Below, piece by piece: positions 34,257 through 43,657 of a DNA stretch of 50,026 bases (positions are counted from its first letter, which is position 1; every line of letters begins with the position of its first letter). The notes under the pieces were generated by a model that was given only the letters and a program-made list of their open reading frames with translations, was not told where the DNA came from and did not search any database. The stretch is from a virus (lineage: Duplodnaviria > Caudoviricetes): positions 1 through 50,026 of IMG/VR virus record IMGVR_UViG_3300010413_000052; one strand, 5' to 3'. The position numbers and the translations under genes were made by a program.

Positions 34257-36196
34257 TGGTTCTTACCTAAATTATGTTTTATATCCGGCGCACCTTTTGT
34301 AGATTGTGTATAAGTCATCCCTTGTGGAGGGTTCTTAAAATTAAATTCACCACTTATTTGCACTTTTTGTGGTTGTGCTGTAGGTTGTACACTCGGAGTT
34401 GCACCAAGTTTAATATTTGGTAATGTAAATTCTTGTTTCTTGATTTGTGTTTTTTCTACTGTTGTTTCTTTTATTTTTTCTACTTTCATTTCGCCTATTT
34501 TACTTAATGCATCTAATTTCTTTGTTATTGCACGCTGTAATTCTTTTTCTGTTTTAGGAACACTTACACCACCAAGAATATAACCTGTTTTACCGACTTG
34601 TTTAGTTATTTCAGCCTCATCCCTAGCATCACGTAAAGCTTGAATTTCAGCTTTAGATCTTGGTTGAATTGAAGATAATCCTAACCAACTGGATATTATT
34701 GGATGATCTCTTCTAAAATCCTCAATAGCCCAATTAAGATCCTCAAAATCCCTTTTAACAGTTGCTATCATTGAATCCCAGTTTTTAGCCCAAATTACAG
34801 TGACAGCTGTTAATGTTGTAATAGAAGCAATAAGAAGACCAACAGGATTTGCTGTCATAGCAGCATTAAAAGCCCATTGAACAGCCGTTGCACCTTTTAC
34901 AGCTACATTATAAGAAATAATTGCAATACCTATTGCTTCAATTAATCTCTTGTTTTTGTCAATAATATCCCACATTTCTTTAAGATCAGAAACAACTTCT
35001 GCAGGATTTATATTATCTAGTGCTTCTTGCATAGAATCTAAAGCACCAGGAATTTTATCTGCGAACATATCAATCATCTGAAATCCAATTTCAATTAATC
35101 TAGATCTCATAATCTTTAATTTATTTGGAACAGATTCTCCCATTCTTCTTGCAAGATCTGCAGCTGCACCGGATGCGCCTTCAAGTCTTTTTTGATATTC
35201 TAATACAGTATCTCGCCCTGCTTTCATTAAAATAGAAGCTGAATTTACTGCCCTTGCACCAAATAAATGACTATATGCAGCTTGTCTGGTTTTATCATCT
35301 AGTTTTTCTGTCTTCTTTCTAACATCATCCAAGATATCAATCATAGGCCGCATTTTGCCCTTACTATCTTGAATACTTACATTATATTTCTTTAAAACTT
35401 TTTCAACTTCTGAAGTACCAGAAGTTAATCTCAAATACATATTTCTTAAAGCAGTACCGGCAACTTCTGCTTTAACACCACTTGAAGCAAGTGTACCAAA
35501 CATTGCACCAAGTTGCTCAATAGTACCACCTAAACCTTCTGCAGTAGAAGCAACAGGTTTTAATGCCTCCCATAACATAGGTATGTCTGTATTCGCTGTC
35601 ACAGCAACTTGTGCCATTACATCGTTTACACGATCCAAATTTTTAGCAAGCTGTACTGAATCTGTTGACATCAAATTTAATGCACCGAGCGCATCACTAG
35701 CAATATCTGAAGCTTGCGCCAGATCCATATTACCAGCTACTGCAAGATCTGTAACACCCTTCAAACTTGACATGGACTGTTGAGCAGTAAAACCAGCCAT
35801 AGCCAAATAATCAAGTGCTTGCGCCGATTCTGCTGCACTATAAGGCGTTATCGCCGCTACTTCCCTAGAAGCTTTTGCAAGTTCATTAAATTGTCTTGTA
35901 CCACGATCAAATTTGAATTTTGAAGCTGCACTTGTAATTGCATGATCAAAGTCCAGGAACTCACTTGTAAGCCCTGCTACACCTTGACGTAAACGAGCCA
36001 TACCGGCGGTAATAAGGTTTGCACCTAGTACACCACCAAGAATAGTCTTAAACTTTAAAGCACCTGCACTGGCTCGTTTAAAACTGTTTTCAGATCGCCG
36101 ACCAAACAGATCCATCCTATTAGTCAAACCGTTGACTTTGGACGCCATCTGATCATGAGCTTTAAACACAGTATTTATTACATAAGTATCAGCCAT
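34253..36196 (-). CDS. Tail tape measure protein (TP901-type core)
   Basis: YSAAESAQALDYLAMAGF, DLAVAG, AGTALRNMYLRL, LFGARA. Confidence 0.92.
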   Translation of the reverse strand: MADTYVINTVFKAHDQMASKVNGLTNRMDLFGRRSENSFKRASAGALKFKTILGGVLGANLITAGMARLRQGVAGLTSEFLDFDHAITSAASKFKFDRGTRQFNELAKASREVAAITPYSAAESAQALDYLAMAGFTAQQSMSSLKGVTDLAVAGNMDLAQASDIASDALGALNLMSTDSVQLAKNLDRVNDVMAQVAVTANTDIPMLWEALKPVASTAEGLGGTIEQLGAMFGTLASSGVKAEVAGTALRNMYLRLTSGTSEVEKVLKKYNVSIQDSKGKMRPMIDILDDVRKKTEKLDDKTRQAAYSHLFGARAVNSASILMKAGRDTVLEYQKRLEGASGAAADLARRMGESVPNKLKIMRSRLIEIGFQMIDMFADKIPGALDSMQEALDNINPAEVVSDLKEMWDIIDKNKRLIEAIGIAIISYNVAVKGATAVQWAFNAAMTANPVGLLIASITTLTAVTVIWAKNWDSMIATVKRDFEDLNWAIEDFRRDHPIISSWLGLSSIQPRSKAEIQALRDARDEAEITKQVGKTGYILGGVSVPKTEKELQRAITKKLDALSKIGEMKVEKIKETTVEKTQIKKQEFTLPNIKLGATPSVQPTAQPQKVQISGEFNFKNPPQGMTYTQSTKGAPDIKHNLGKNQ

Positions 36197-36342
36197 TATT
36201 TTTCATCATTTCTTAAAATACTGTGCATTTTTTCCCAATATTTTAAACTTGTATATGTTGCTTTTTCAATTACCTCTATGTTTTGTTGTCTGGAATATTG
36301 ATTTAGCATCCATTGATCAAGTTTAACTATCCCATTAAAAAA
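36196..36342 (-). other. Programmed -1 frameshift extension of the tail chaperone (G-T type)
   Basis: In-frame T TTT TTA at 36342-36336; the -1 frame is open to a TAA overlapping the tape measure ATG. Confidence 0.8.
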
Positions 36343-36722
36343 ATCATACCCAAATATTCAGCTATTTTTAAATCTGGACCAGAAAATTTCTGTATTTGTT
36401 CTGGTGGTTTTTTTGCTAAACAACCAAGAAGTGCATAAAGTCTCTGATGCGAACCTTCAAATCTTTCCATCTGTACTTTTGCCATGCCAGTAACTTCATG
36501 ATAAAGAAATTGTTTACCGTCCCGTAAATTTTGTCTTACAACTAATTCAGTATCAGTATTTTCAACTTCTACTTTTCCATCCATAATAGCTTTTATTAAT
36601 GTTTTTTCTACGAGTGTTTTTAATGTTCCATCTTTATCAAGGGATGCTAGATCTACATCATAAAAATTCAAAAGTAGATCTAGCTGTTCCCTTGCATTTA
36701 CATCTGATAATTGGTTTTCCAT
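36327..36722 (-). CDS. Tail assembly chaperone
   Basis: Between tube and tape measure genes; ends in a slippery site. Confidence 0.75.
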   Translation of the reverse strand: MENQLSDVNAREQLDLLLNFYDVDLASLDKDGTLKTLVEKTLIKAIMDGKVEVENTDTELVVRQNLRDGKQFLYHEVTGMAKVQMERFEGSHQRLYALLGCLAKKPPEQIQKFSGPDLKIAEYLGMIFLMG

Positions 36723-36747
36723 TTATTATGCTCCTTTTATTTACTTA

Positions 36748-37119
36748 CTATGCAGCAGAAATATCCCATTTAGTCTTACAATAAATTGAAATAGAAACTG
36801 TTCCTGCAGCTGTACTAACTTCATCAACTTTCAAAAGACCACGGCAACCATAAACAGAGCCATCCCGTAAAGTCATATAAAATTCAACAATAGTTGCATC
36901 GTCTGACCAATCACGCAAATATCCATGCTCAACTGCATCTGCCCTTAGCATAATATTAGAAGCACTTGGCACTTTACGAACAGATTTAGTACTTGCCGGT
37001 CCTGAGCCGTTTGGCTCAAGTTCATTATCCCATTGATTTAAAACAATACTGACATCAATATCAGCAACAGGTACAAAAGAAATACCTTCAATTGAAACAG
37101 CTAGTAATGATCCATGCAT
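36748..37119 (-). CDS. Tail tube protein
   Basis: 123 aa, beta-rich, directly after the sheath gene. Confidence 0.7.
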   Translation of the reverse strand: MHGSLLAVSIEGISFVPVADIDVSIVLNQWDNELEPNGSGPASTKSVRKVPSASNIMLRADAVEHGYLRDWSDDATIVEFYMTLRDGSVYGCRGLLKVDEVSTAAGTVSISIYCKTKWDISAA

Positions 37120-37135
37120 TTAAAATTCTCCTACT

Positions 37136-38695
37136 TTATGCAGCTGCAAGATTTGTATCAAATGCCAATTGGAGATCGATAATATTACCAACACCACTTA
37201 GCAAACAAGGAAATACAATATTAAAACCATCTGACAAGGTTCTAATAGTTATATATCCACTTTCCTTAAGTTTATCTTTTGTAAAATCAGCATTATATAA
37301 CCATGCTTTTTCTGCAAAAAGATCAGCAAGTTTATTAAGTGTAGATCGGACGCTTTCAACACTTCTAACTTTTGCTCTATTCACAGCATTTGAAACCTCA
37401 GAAGGATCTTCTACAATTGTAATTCCTGTCCATTTTGAAGACTCGAACTCAGCACCAAGTGAATAAAGCAAATTCTGAAGAATCGCAATGTTTCTCATTT
37501 CACGATAACCGTTTGAAGAAACAGGAATTGCAACACTGTGATAAAAAGTAATTACATTGGAAAGTTTTACAGATCCACCTTTTACAATAGTTGCCGTAAT
37601 ACCTGCTTTTGTCGCAGTATCTCTACTATCATAACTAGAAGTCCAACGATTAGCTACATCACCAGGGAACACACCAGGGAGTATCTTACCAACATAATTT
37701 TCTTCTGGTCTAAGAGAGGCAATCTGCTCCATTATACCAACAGTTTTTGCAGCTATTTCATGCTCAGAATTAGGTGATCCTGGAACAGCAACACAACCAG
37801 AAGTCCGATCCTCCTCAATACGATTACCACCCAAGGTAATAAGAGCTGACAAACCGGCCGATCCCGCAGCTGTATCACCAACCATTGATCTTAAAGGTCT
37901 ATGAACAAGCTTACCCCAGTTACCAGAAATCTCATTACCTATACCATTCCAATCACTCAAAGCATCCAGAGAAGTGGTATCTTGACCGTTTATATGAACA
38001 AGTGCAGTAAAGAAATCCTCATTCTGATCGTCATCTAAACCGAGTTCATCCAATAAATCTGCAAGCACAGCAAGTCCTGCACCTGAAGACATGTCTGTTG
38101 GTGTTGCTGTAATACCAGCTGGCATTTCTTCATTAAAACCAAGATTAAATTGAAGAGTAAAATCACCAAAAGGTCCGGCACTTTTAGCAGTAAAATCCGC
38201 TTGTTCGGGTGTAACACCATTTTCAGCGCAAGTTACTGGAAGATCTGGATCTGCTGCTACTGCGAGCACAACCTTTTCTTGTACATTCTCACCATCATCA
38301 CCAACGGCGATCTGTATACCTTCTACTTTATGACCACCTACATAAAGATGAAGTTGTCCTGCAGCTGTACAAGCACCTGCAAATAACACATTACCTGTAG
38401 ATTGAGTAGGCGTATCTGGTTCAAACATAGGCGCAAGCCACAATTCACCATCATAGACTTCTCTGATCCATTCAAGCATTTTTGCAGCTGCAGATCCCCT
38501 ACCAGCTTTGTTTGCGTGATATGCAACGTTCGTCACAATTTCAGGTATATTTTCTGTAAAATTGCCTTCATTTGCCGGCATAACCGTCGCACAAACAAGC
38601 ACCTTTCGAGGTACATTTAATGCAGCAGACGTAAACGGCGTATTATCGGCGCTTATTCCAACACCTGCTGCTAAACTAGAATCATTAATTGTCAT
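37136..38695 (-). CDS. Contractile tail sheath (Mu gpL-like)
   Basis: GRGS..A.M, G.L.LYVGG, PDLPVT, TAKSAG..G, AGITAT, ITFY. Confidence 0.85.
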   Translation of the reverse strand: MTINDSSLAAGVGISADNTPFTSAALNVPRKVLVCATVMPANEGNFTENIPEIVTNVAYHANKAGRGSAAAKMLEWIREVYDGELWLAPMFEPDTPTQSTGNVLFAGACTAAGQLHLYVGGHKVEGIQIAVGDDGENVQEKVVLAVAADPDLPVTCAENGVTPEQADFTAKSAGPFGDFTLQFNLGFNEEMPAGITATPTDMSSGAGLAVLADLLDELGLDDDQNEDFFTALVHINGQDTTSLDALSDWNGIGNEISGNWGKLVHRPLRSMVGDTAAGSAGLSALITLGGNRIEEDRTSGCVAVPGSPNSEHEIAAKTVGIMEQIASLRPEENYVGKILPGVFPGDVANRWTSSYDSRDTATKAGITATIVKGGSVKLSNVITFYHSVAIPVSSNGYREMRNIAILQNLLYSLGAEFESSKWTGITIVEDPSEVSNAVNRAKVRSVESVRSTLNKLADLFAEKAWLYNADFTKDKLKESGYITIRTLSDGFNIVFPCLLSGVGNIIDLQLAFDTNLAAA

Positions 38696-39318
38696 TCTTT
38701 ATAAACTCCTGTTTGACCGTCTGTCGGTTCATCGTTTACGTTAACTGTCAAATCAATAATGTCACCTGAATCACCAGTATCACCAACAAATGTTTCTTCT
38801 ACATCACACTCATAAGTGAGAATTGCTGAACAAATGACAGTATCTCCAACATAAATTGGATCTTCTTTTTTAATATTAGAGATCCACCTATTTGCAAAAA
38901 TTGATTTACTTAATCCAAGAAATGCATTTCTATTATCTAATAAAACACCAAAAATAATAGAAATAAAAGAATCTAAATTTGTATTTGCTAAACTTTTAGC
39001 GTCTTGTAGTGCTGCTAAAGCAGTTGCACGCTGTACAGCAGTTGATCCTTCATCTTCTAATGTAGTAAGATCAACACTTGCTTTTTGTGAAAGTTTTAAA
39101 TCAATATTAAAAACACATGAATGTGTAGCAGGACCATAACGACCAGATAAATTTAATGGGAAATCACCTTTTACATAATAAACAGAAACAAGTTTATTTG
39201 TGTTTTGGATTTCGCTTTGACCAATTGGTAAATCTTTATACCCAATTGCACGATAACGCCCCGCTGCAGCTGAACCTAGAGCAGTTACTAAAGCAGATTG
39301 TACAGATTGAAAATTCAT
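38692..39318 (-). CDS. Tail terminator/completion protein
   Basis: Position between head-joining and sheath genes. Confidence 0.5.
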   Translation of the reverse strand: MNFQSVQSALVTALGSAAAGRYRAIGYKDLPIGQSEIQNTNKLVSVYYVKGDFPLNLSGRYGPATHSCVFNIDLKLSQKASVDLTTLEDEGSTAVQRATALAALQDAKSLANTNLDSFISIIFGVLLDNRNAFLGLSKSIFANRWISNIKKEDPIYVGDTVICSAILTYECDVEETFVGDTGDSGDIIDLTVNVNDEPTDGQTGVYKE

Positions 39319-39670
39319 TATGAAGACTGTTCAGCTAATGTTAAATATAGTTTTATAAAACCAATTGATCTACCATGTTGTACAGGTTTATCTAAAACAT
39401 AAGTAACTAAAGTATCTGTTGTAGATGGATTTTGAGGTATTCTTACAGCCCAATTTTCACCATCTAAAGGTACTCTTGTTAAAGAAGATATTCTAAGTGT
39501 AACTACTGGTTTACCAGAAAAATTCTCATTTTCATCTATTGAATCATAAAGAACTTGCCCAACAAGATCATCATAAACAACACCAGAAGGATCAATCAAC
39601 TCAACAGGTAAGCCGAAATCACCTTCGAGTGTTGTTTCAAGATCTGATTCTATTTGTTCTCTTATGTTCA
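39318..39670 (-). CDS. Head-tail joining protein
   Basis: Probable start MNIREQ with RBS GAGGGG; position after the capsid gene. Confidence 0.55.
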
Positions 39671-39726
39671 TTTTAAAAACCCCTCTACCCTGCTGATATT
39701 GCAGACCAGGGTAGAGGTTTATCATG

Positions 39727-40932
39727 CTATGAATGACAACCAGTCATAACATAAAAAGCATCAGTCATAGTAGTAGCAAAAATAGGTGCAGCTTGTACCC
39801 TAATCGTCCAGCCCTTATTATTACCGTGTGGGTAAGCATCAAAATAAAGACTATTAGGATCAAAAACATTGCCCGGCCTTGCGTTTGGTGCAATTGGAGG
39901 ATTATCCAAATTAAAACCAAACAGAGATCGAAAATCAGCACGAACTGAAGGAGCCATAGGCATAACTTCAGGGGGCCCAAAATAACGATCACAACGCGCA
40001 CCAGAATAACCTAGAACAGCATAACCACTAGGCAAATATCTATATGAAGACCCAGATAGTGTATAAGTATCCTCATACAGAAACAGATAAATCCTTGCAC
40101 CGTTCTCTGAAACCAGAACACCAACACACAGAAAACCATTTGCGATCATACGATTATATCGTGCTGGAACTGTATCTTCTGGTCCCATACGAAGCAAATT
40201 ATAACCAGGATTCTCAGCAAGTCCTACAAGAGTAGTATTCTTCACCATGTTTGACCATGAGTCAGAAGCTAGCAAACAATAATCAGGTGTAACATGAGCA
40301 GCTGCACGAATAGCAGCAACACCAGTTGAAATATCACCCCATGGATCTCCAGTGCCCCATTCGGTCCCCACCGCAACAGTATGACCAGAAGGACGTAGAA
40401 AATCATAGAGCAAATTTGCATCTGACGTACCAATAATCGCGGGTTGTTTGCCCGTAAGAATACTCTGCCAGGCAAGATACTCATTAAGCCGACCAACACG
40501 ACGTACCATTTCAGTGGCACCTTCTTGTGCCAGATACATCATACGATCTTCACGAGTAACTCTCTGTTCATCACTCTCACCAGGAATAGCAAAAAGCAAT
40601 TGACTTGCACGAATAGGATATTCATCCTCAGCTAGAGGATAAACACGCTGAAACACAGATTGTTTTGCCTCTACAAGTTTTGGAGTTGATAAATCAATCC
40701 CTGGAATTCCACCACGAGGTACAAGTGCAGCAATTTCATCATTACCGCGCAAGATTGCGATCTCTACAGTGTTTTTATCTCTAGAATAAACCGTTCTAGA
40801 ACCACTAGAAGGATCACCAAAAATGCTTTGTCCACCTTGGGGTATTCCAATAAGATCTTTATCAGAAAATAAATTTACCAGAGTTCTGGTAAAATCATCT
40901 TTTTCAACAGGAGTATTTTGATAACCAGCCAC
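39727..40932 (-). CDS. Major capsid protein (lambda gpE-like)
   Basis: 401 aa; IAALVPRG, R.NEYLAWQSILTGK, YDF.RP; follows the decoration gene; GTG start with RBS AAGGAG. Confidence 0.85.
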   Translation of the reverse strand: MAGYQNTPVEKDDFTRTLVNLFSDKDLIGIPQGGQSIFGDPSSGSRTVYSRDKNTVEIAILRGNDEIAALVPRGGIPGIDLSTPKLVEAKQSVFQRVYPLAEDEYPIRASQLLFAIPGESDEQRVTREDRMMYLAQEGATEMVRRVGRLNEYLAWQSILTGKQPAIIGTSDANLLYDFLRPSGHTVAVGTEWGTGDPWGDISTGVAAIRAAAHVTPDYCLLASDSWSNMVKNTTLVGLAENPGYNLLRMGPEDTVPARYNRMIANGFLCVGVLVSENGARIYLFLYEDTYTLSGSSYRYLPSGYAVLGYSGARCDRYFGPPEVMPMAPSVRADFRSLFGFNLDNPPIAPNARPGNVFDPNSLYFDAYPHGNNKGWTIRVQAAPIFATTMTDAFYVMTGCHS

Positions 40933-40943
40933 TTTAATTCTCC

Positions 40944-41390
40944 TTATGCCTCGTAAGAGGTTCCTTCAGTAGTATCCACAAGATGAATACCTAGATCAGC
41001 CAAAAATTGCCAAGCAGCTTTTGCTACATTTGTCGGAGCAGTAACAATTGTGTCTTTTGTAAGAGAATTCTCAAAAGTAATAAGATCCTCATTCAAAAGA
41101 AGATTATCACCACCAACGATCATAGACACGTCGGAAATAGGTCCGGCTTGAACTTCCGCTTCTGTGAATTCATCCAACAGAATACCAACAGGATACTGAG
41201 TACCATCTGTAGCATCTTCGTCAGTCCAAGGAACCCAATTCTCATTAGTTGGATCGTATGCCATTACAGTTCCTTTAACAAGACTACCAGATCGTGTATC
41301 ATCATCTGCCAATTCAACACGCCGAGTTACAGGAACACCGCCTACAATATAAGGATGTGAGCTAATATCTGTCTGTTGCTGTACAGCCAT
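40944..41390 (-). CDS. Head decoration protein (lambda gpD-like)
   Basis: GTVMA...W...ATDGTQYPVGIL; L...GI near the C-terminus. Confidence 0.8.
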   Translation of the reverse strand: MAVQQQTDISSHPYIVGGVPVTRRVELADDDTRSGSLVKGTVMAYDPTNENWVPWTDEDATDGTQYPVGILLDEFTEAEVQAGPISDVSMIVGGDNLLLNEDLITFENSLTKDTIVTAPTNVAKAAWQFLADLGIHLVDTTEGTSYEA

Positions 41391-41392
41391 AA

Positions 41393-42610
41393 TTACACCT
41401 TAATACCTTTCATAGTCTGAACGGCCTTTGTACGTTCTTCGACAGTACGTTCATTTTTACCAAAATCTGGCTGAATAGCTGGACTTGGTTCGTTATTAAC
41501 TGGATCAGAAGCATTTAATCTCGCTTCATCTTCTGCCTTTTTACGATCACAGAAATTCACCAAAACGTCAAGCGCTGCACGAGGTTGATTACCTTCACAA
41601 ACCTCTACAGCTAAATCCTTAACTTCTTGTGGATATTCTGTAGATATAATGAAACTCATTACACCTTTAACATCGGAAAAAGCACTCTCACGACCCGATT
41701 TTCTTGCACTAGCGATTTCTGCCTGCACACCGGGATCATTCAACATTTCTTCAAGAGTCATTTCGTCTTTTTCTCCCTTAATTATTAATTCCATAGTGAC
41801 AGGCGAATCCTTATCACTATTTAAATTTAAACCTATCCCATCTATCATTTTTACTTGTACTGCAGCTTTTGATAAAAGAGTAGATCCTTGTCCAAAATTT
41901 TCAATAATTTCATTAGTAGTTAAATTTCTACCTTCTGAAATTCTTGCAATAAATATATCTTCTAATTCATCTAATTGTTCTTGTAGCTTCTCATCAAAAC
42001 CGTCTTGATCTATAGAAAAATGTTTATACTTAGCATTCTTAGAAACAAGTATTTTCTTACTTACACCTTCTTTTTCCATAGCCTTAGAAAAATCAATATA
42101 TCCTGCTAAAGCACCGATAGATCCTTGTCTATTTATTTCTGATGTAGAAATTATCTTATTTGCTGCACTTGCTAACCAATATGCACCACTTGAGAGATTA
42201 CCTTCATTTATTGCAATAACCTCAAAATCTTCTCTCAAATCCATTATTGCTTGCCAAGTTTCATCAACACCTTGCGCAGTTCCACCAGGTGAATCAAAAT
42301 GAAAATATACTTTTTCAGGTTTAAACCCTTGTTCATAAACCTGTTTAATATCGTTTCGTATCGATTCATAAGTAGTGGACCACCGACTATAAAGTATAAG
42401 ATATGGATCAGGTTCAGAAACTAAAGGACCATAAATATAAATATGTGCATCTTTCCCTTTCATCTCAAATTGTGGAGTTACAGGAATTCTCTGTTCTTTA
42501 ATTTGAGAATTAATTACTTCAAGTTGTTTTTCAGTAACAAACTTAGAATATGTAATTAATGAAATTAAATAATCAGGATTTACAAGAAGTTGAGATTCAG
42601 AAAAAAACAT
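41393..42610 (-). CDS. S49-family prohead protease with C-terminal scaffold region
   Basis: DSPGG, SSGAYWLAS, GSIG, F...ISEGR; internal Met (MTLEEM) could start a Nu3-like scaffold. Confidence 0.88.
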   Translation of the reverse strand: MFFSESQLLVNPDYLISLITYSKFVTEKQLEVINSQIKEQRIPVTPQFEMKGKDAHIYIYGPLVSEPDPYLILYSRWSTTYESIRNDIKQVYEQGFKPEKVYFHFDSPGGTAQGVDETWQAIMDLREDFEVIAINEGNLSSGAYWLASAANKIISTSEINRQGSIGALAGYIDFSKAMEKEGVSKKILVSKNAKYKHFSIDQDGFDEKLQEQLDELEDIFIARISEGRNLTTNEIIENFGQGSTLLSKAAVQVKMIDGIGLNLNSDKDSPVTMELIIKGEKDEMTLEEMLNDPGVQAEIASARKSGRESAFSDVKGVMSFIISTEYPQEVKDLAVEVCEGNQPRAALDVLVNFCDRKKAEDEARLNASDPVNNEPSPAIQPDFGKNERTVEERTKAVQTMKGIKV

Positions 42611-42651
42611 TTTATCAATCCTTAAAAGCTTTTATTGCATTAACTCTAGAT

Positions 42652-42813
42652 TTACTTAGGTATCTTATTTCTCCAACTTTTCTCTTTTTGTATTGGTTGT
42701 CTACTATCTACCTCTTCAAGAGCATCAACCAAAGGTTTAGCATCTTGACAATACTTCGATATAACAGGTAACAACCTACCAATAAACTTTAATACTGCTA
42801 AAACTTTATTCAT
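42652..42813 (-). CDS. 53-aa protein with amphipathic N-terminal helix (not in ORF track)
   Basis: MNKVLAVLKFIGRLLPVISKYC...; start overlaps the upstream gene end. Confidence 0.5.
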   Translation of the reverse strand: MNKVLAVLKFIGRLLPVISKYCQDAKPLVDALEEVDSRQPIQKEKSWRNKIPK

Positions 42814-43150
42814 CTTTTAAACTTTCTTTTAAAAATTCTTTTTCAATCCGTTGAATCTCATTTGAAACTTTATCGGCTTGATCACAGAAATTTACAAGTC
42901 TTTTTTGTGCTCGTGGATTATTATAAAGTTCTACATACATATCTGCACAAAATTGTTGTATATCAGATACACCTTCTTGTACCATATCATGTACTTTAAC
43001 AAAACCATTCACTATTTTTGCAGATTTCTTCATTGAATCATTAAATGAAGCACAACCTTGAACAAAAAACGCAGAAAAAATAAGCATAACATATATAAAA
43101 ACAAATCCACAACACACTATAACACCGTTTGTATTTATCTTATTTCTCAT
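42806..43150 (-). CDS. Putative lipoprotein (spanin-like candidate)
   Basis: Hydrophobic signal ending FVQGC; helical mature part with two Cys. Confidence 0.55.
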   Translation of the reverse strand: MRNKINTNGVIVCCGFVFIYVMLIFSAFFVQGCASFNDSMKKSAKIVNGFVKVHDMVQEGVSDIQQFCADMYVELYNNPRAQKRLVNFCDQADKVSNEIQRIEKEFLKESLKDE

Positions 43151-43418
43151 TTTTTATTTCCTCTAAAAGTTTCTGAAGGGTATTTAATCTCTCATCTATT
43201 CTTGCAAAAACAGTTTTAAGTTCATTGGTATCTTTTTTACATTCTTTTATGTCAACTGTATTTTTATCTATTTCTATTTTTTGAAAATCTTGAATTTGTT
43301 TAAGTAAAGATTGGCCTTTATCATTAGAATATACGGTAGATACACTATAAGTAGAAAAGCTTATAATCGCTAATGCAATCACTGTTGCTACTATTCCTAA
43401 AAGCCAATTTTTATTCAT
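43140..43418 (-). CDS. Single-TM coiled-coil protein (holin or i-spanin candidate)
   Basis: N-terminal TM WLLGIVATVIALAIISF, then heptads ending ARIDERL. Confidence 0.55.
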   Translation of the reverse strand: MNKNWLLGIVATVIALAIISFSTYSVSTVYSNDKGQSLLKQIQDFQKIEIDKNTVDIKECKKDTNELKTVFARIDERLNTLQKLLEEIKNEK

Positions 43419-43422
43419 ATTA

Positions 43423-43656
43423 TTACAACTTTGAAATGATATTTAACAATACACGAATATCAGCCAAATCTACCTGTGCAGTTTGCGCCAAAGTAAGGGT
43501 TGTTAACTCTACTAAAAGCCTTCCCATCCATATCTCGGGACCATCAGCTACATAAGTTTTTACTGCATCTATATTACCTATAGTTGGTCTATTAATTGAT
43601 ATCTCTGTTATTGTTCCACCTTCTATTGGGTATTGTAAAGTGTAATTATATGCCAT
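43423..43656 (-). CDS. Protein resembling P2 gpE/Mu gp41-type tail assembly chaperones
   Basis: TLQYPI.G.TITEISINRPT.G.I...LL..LT.L......VDLAD pattern, judged by eye. Confidence 0.5.
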   Translation of the reverse strand: MAYNYTLQYPIEGGTITEISINRPTIGNIDAVKTYVADGPEIWMGRLLVELTTLTLAQTAQVDLADIRVLLNIISKL

Positions 43657-43657
43657 T

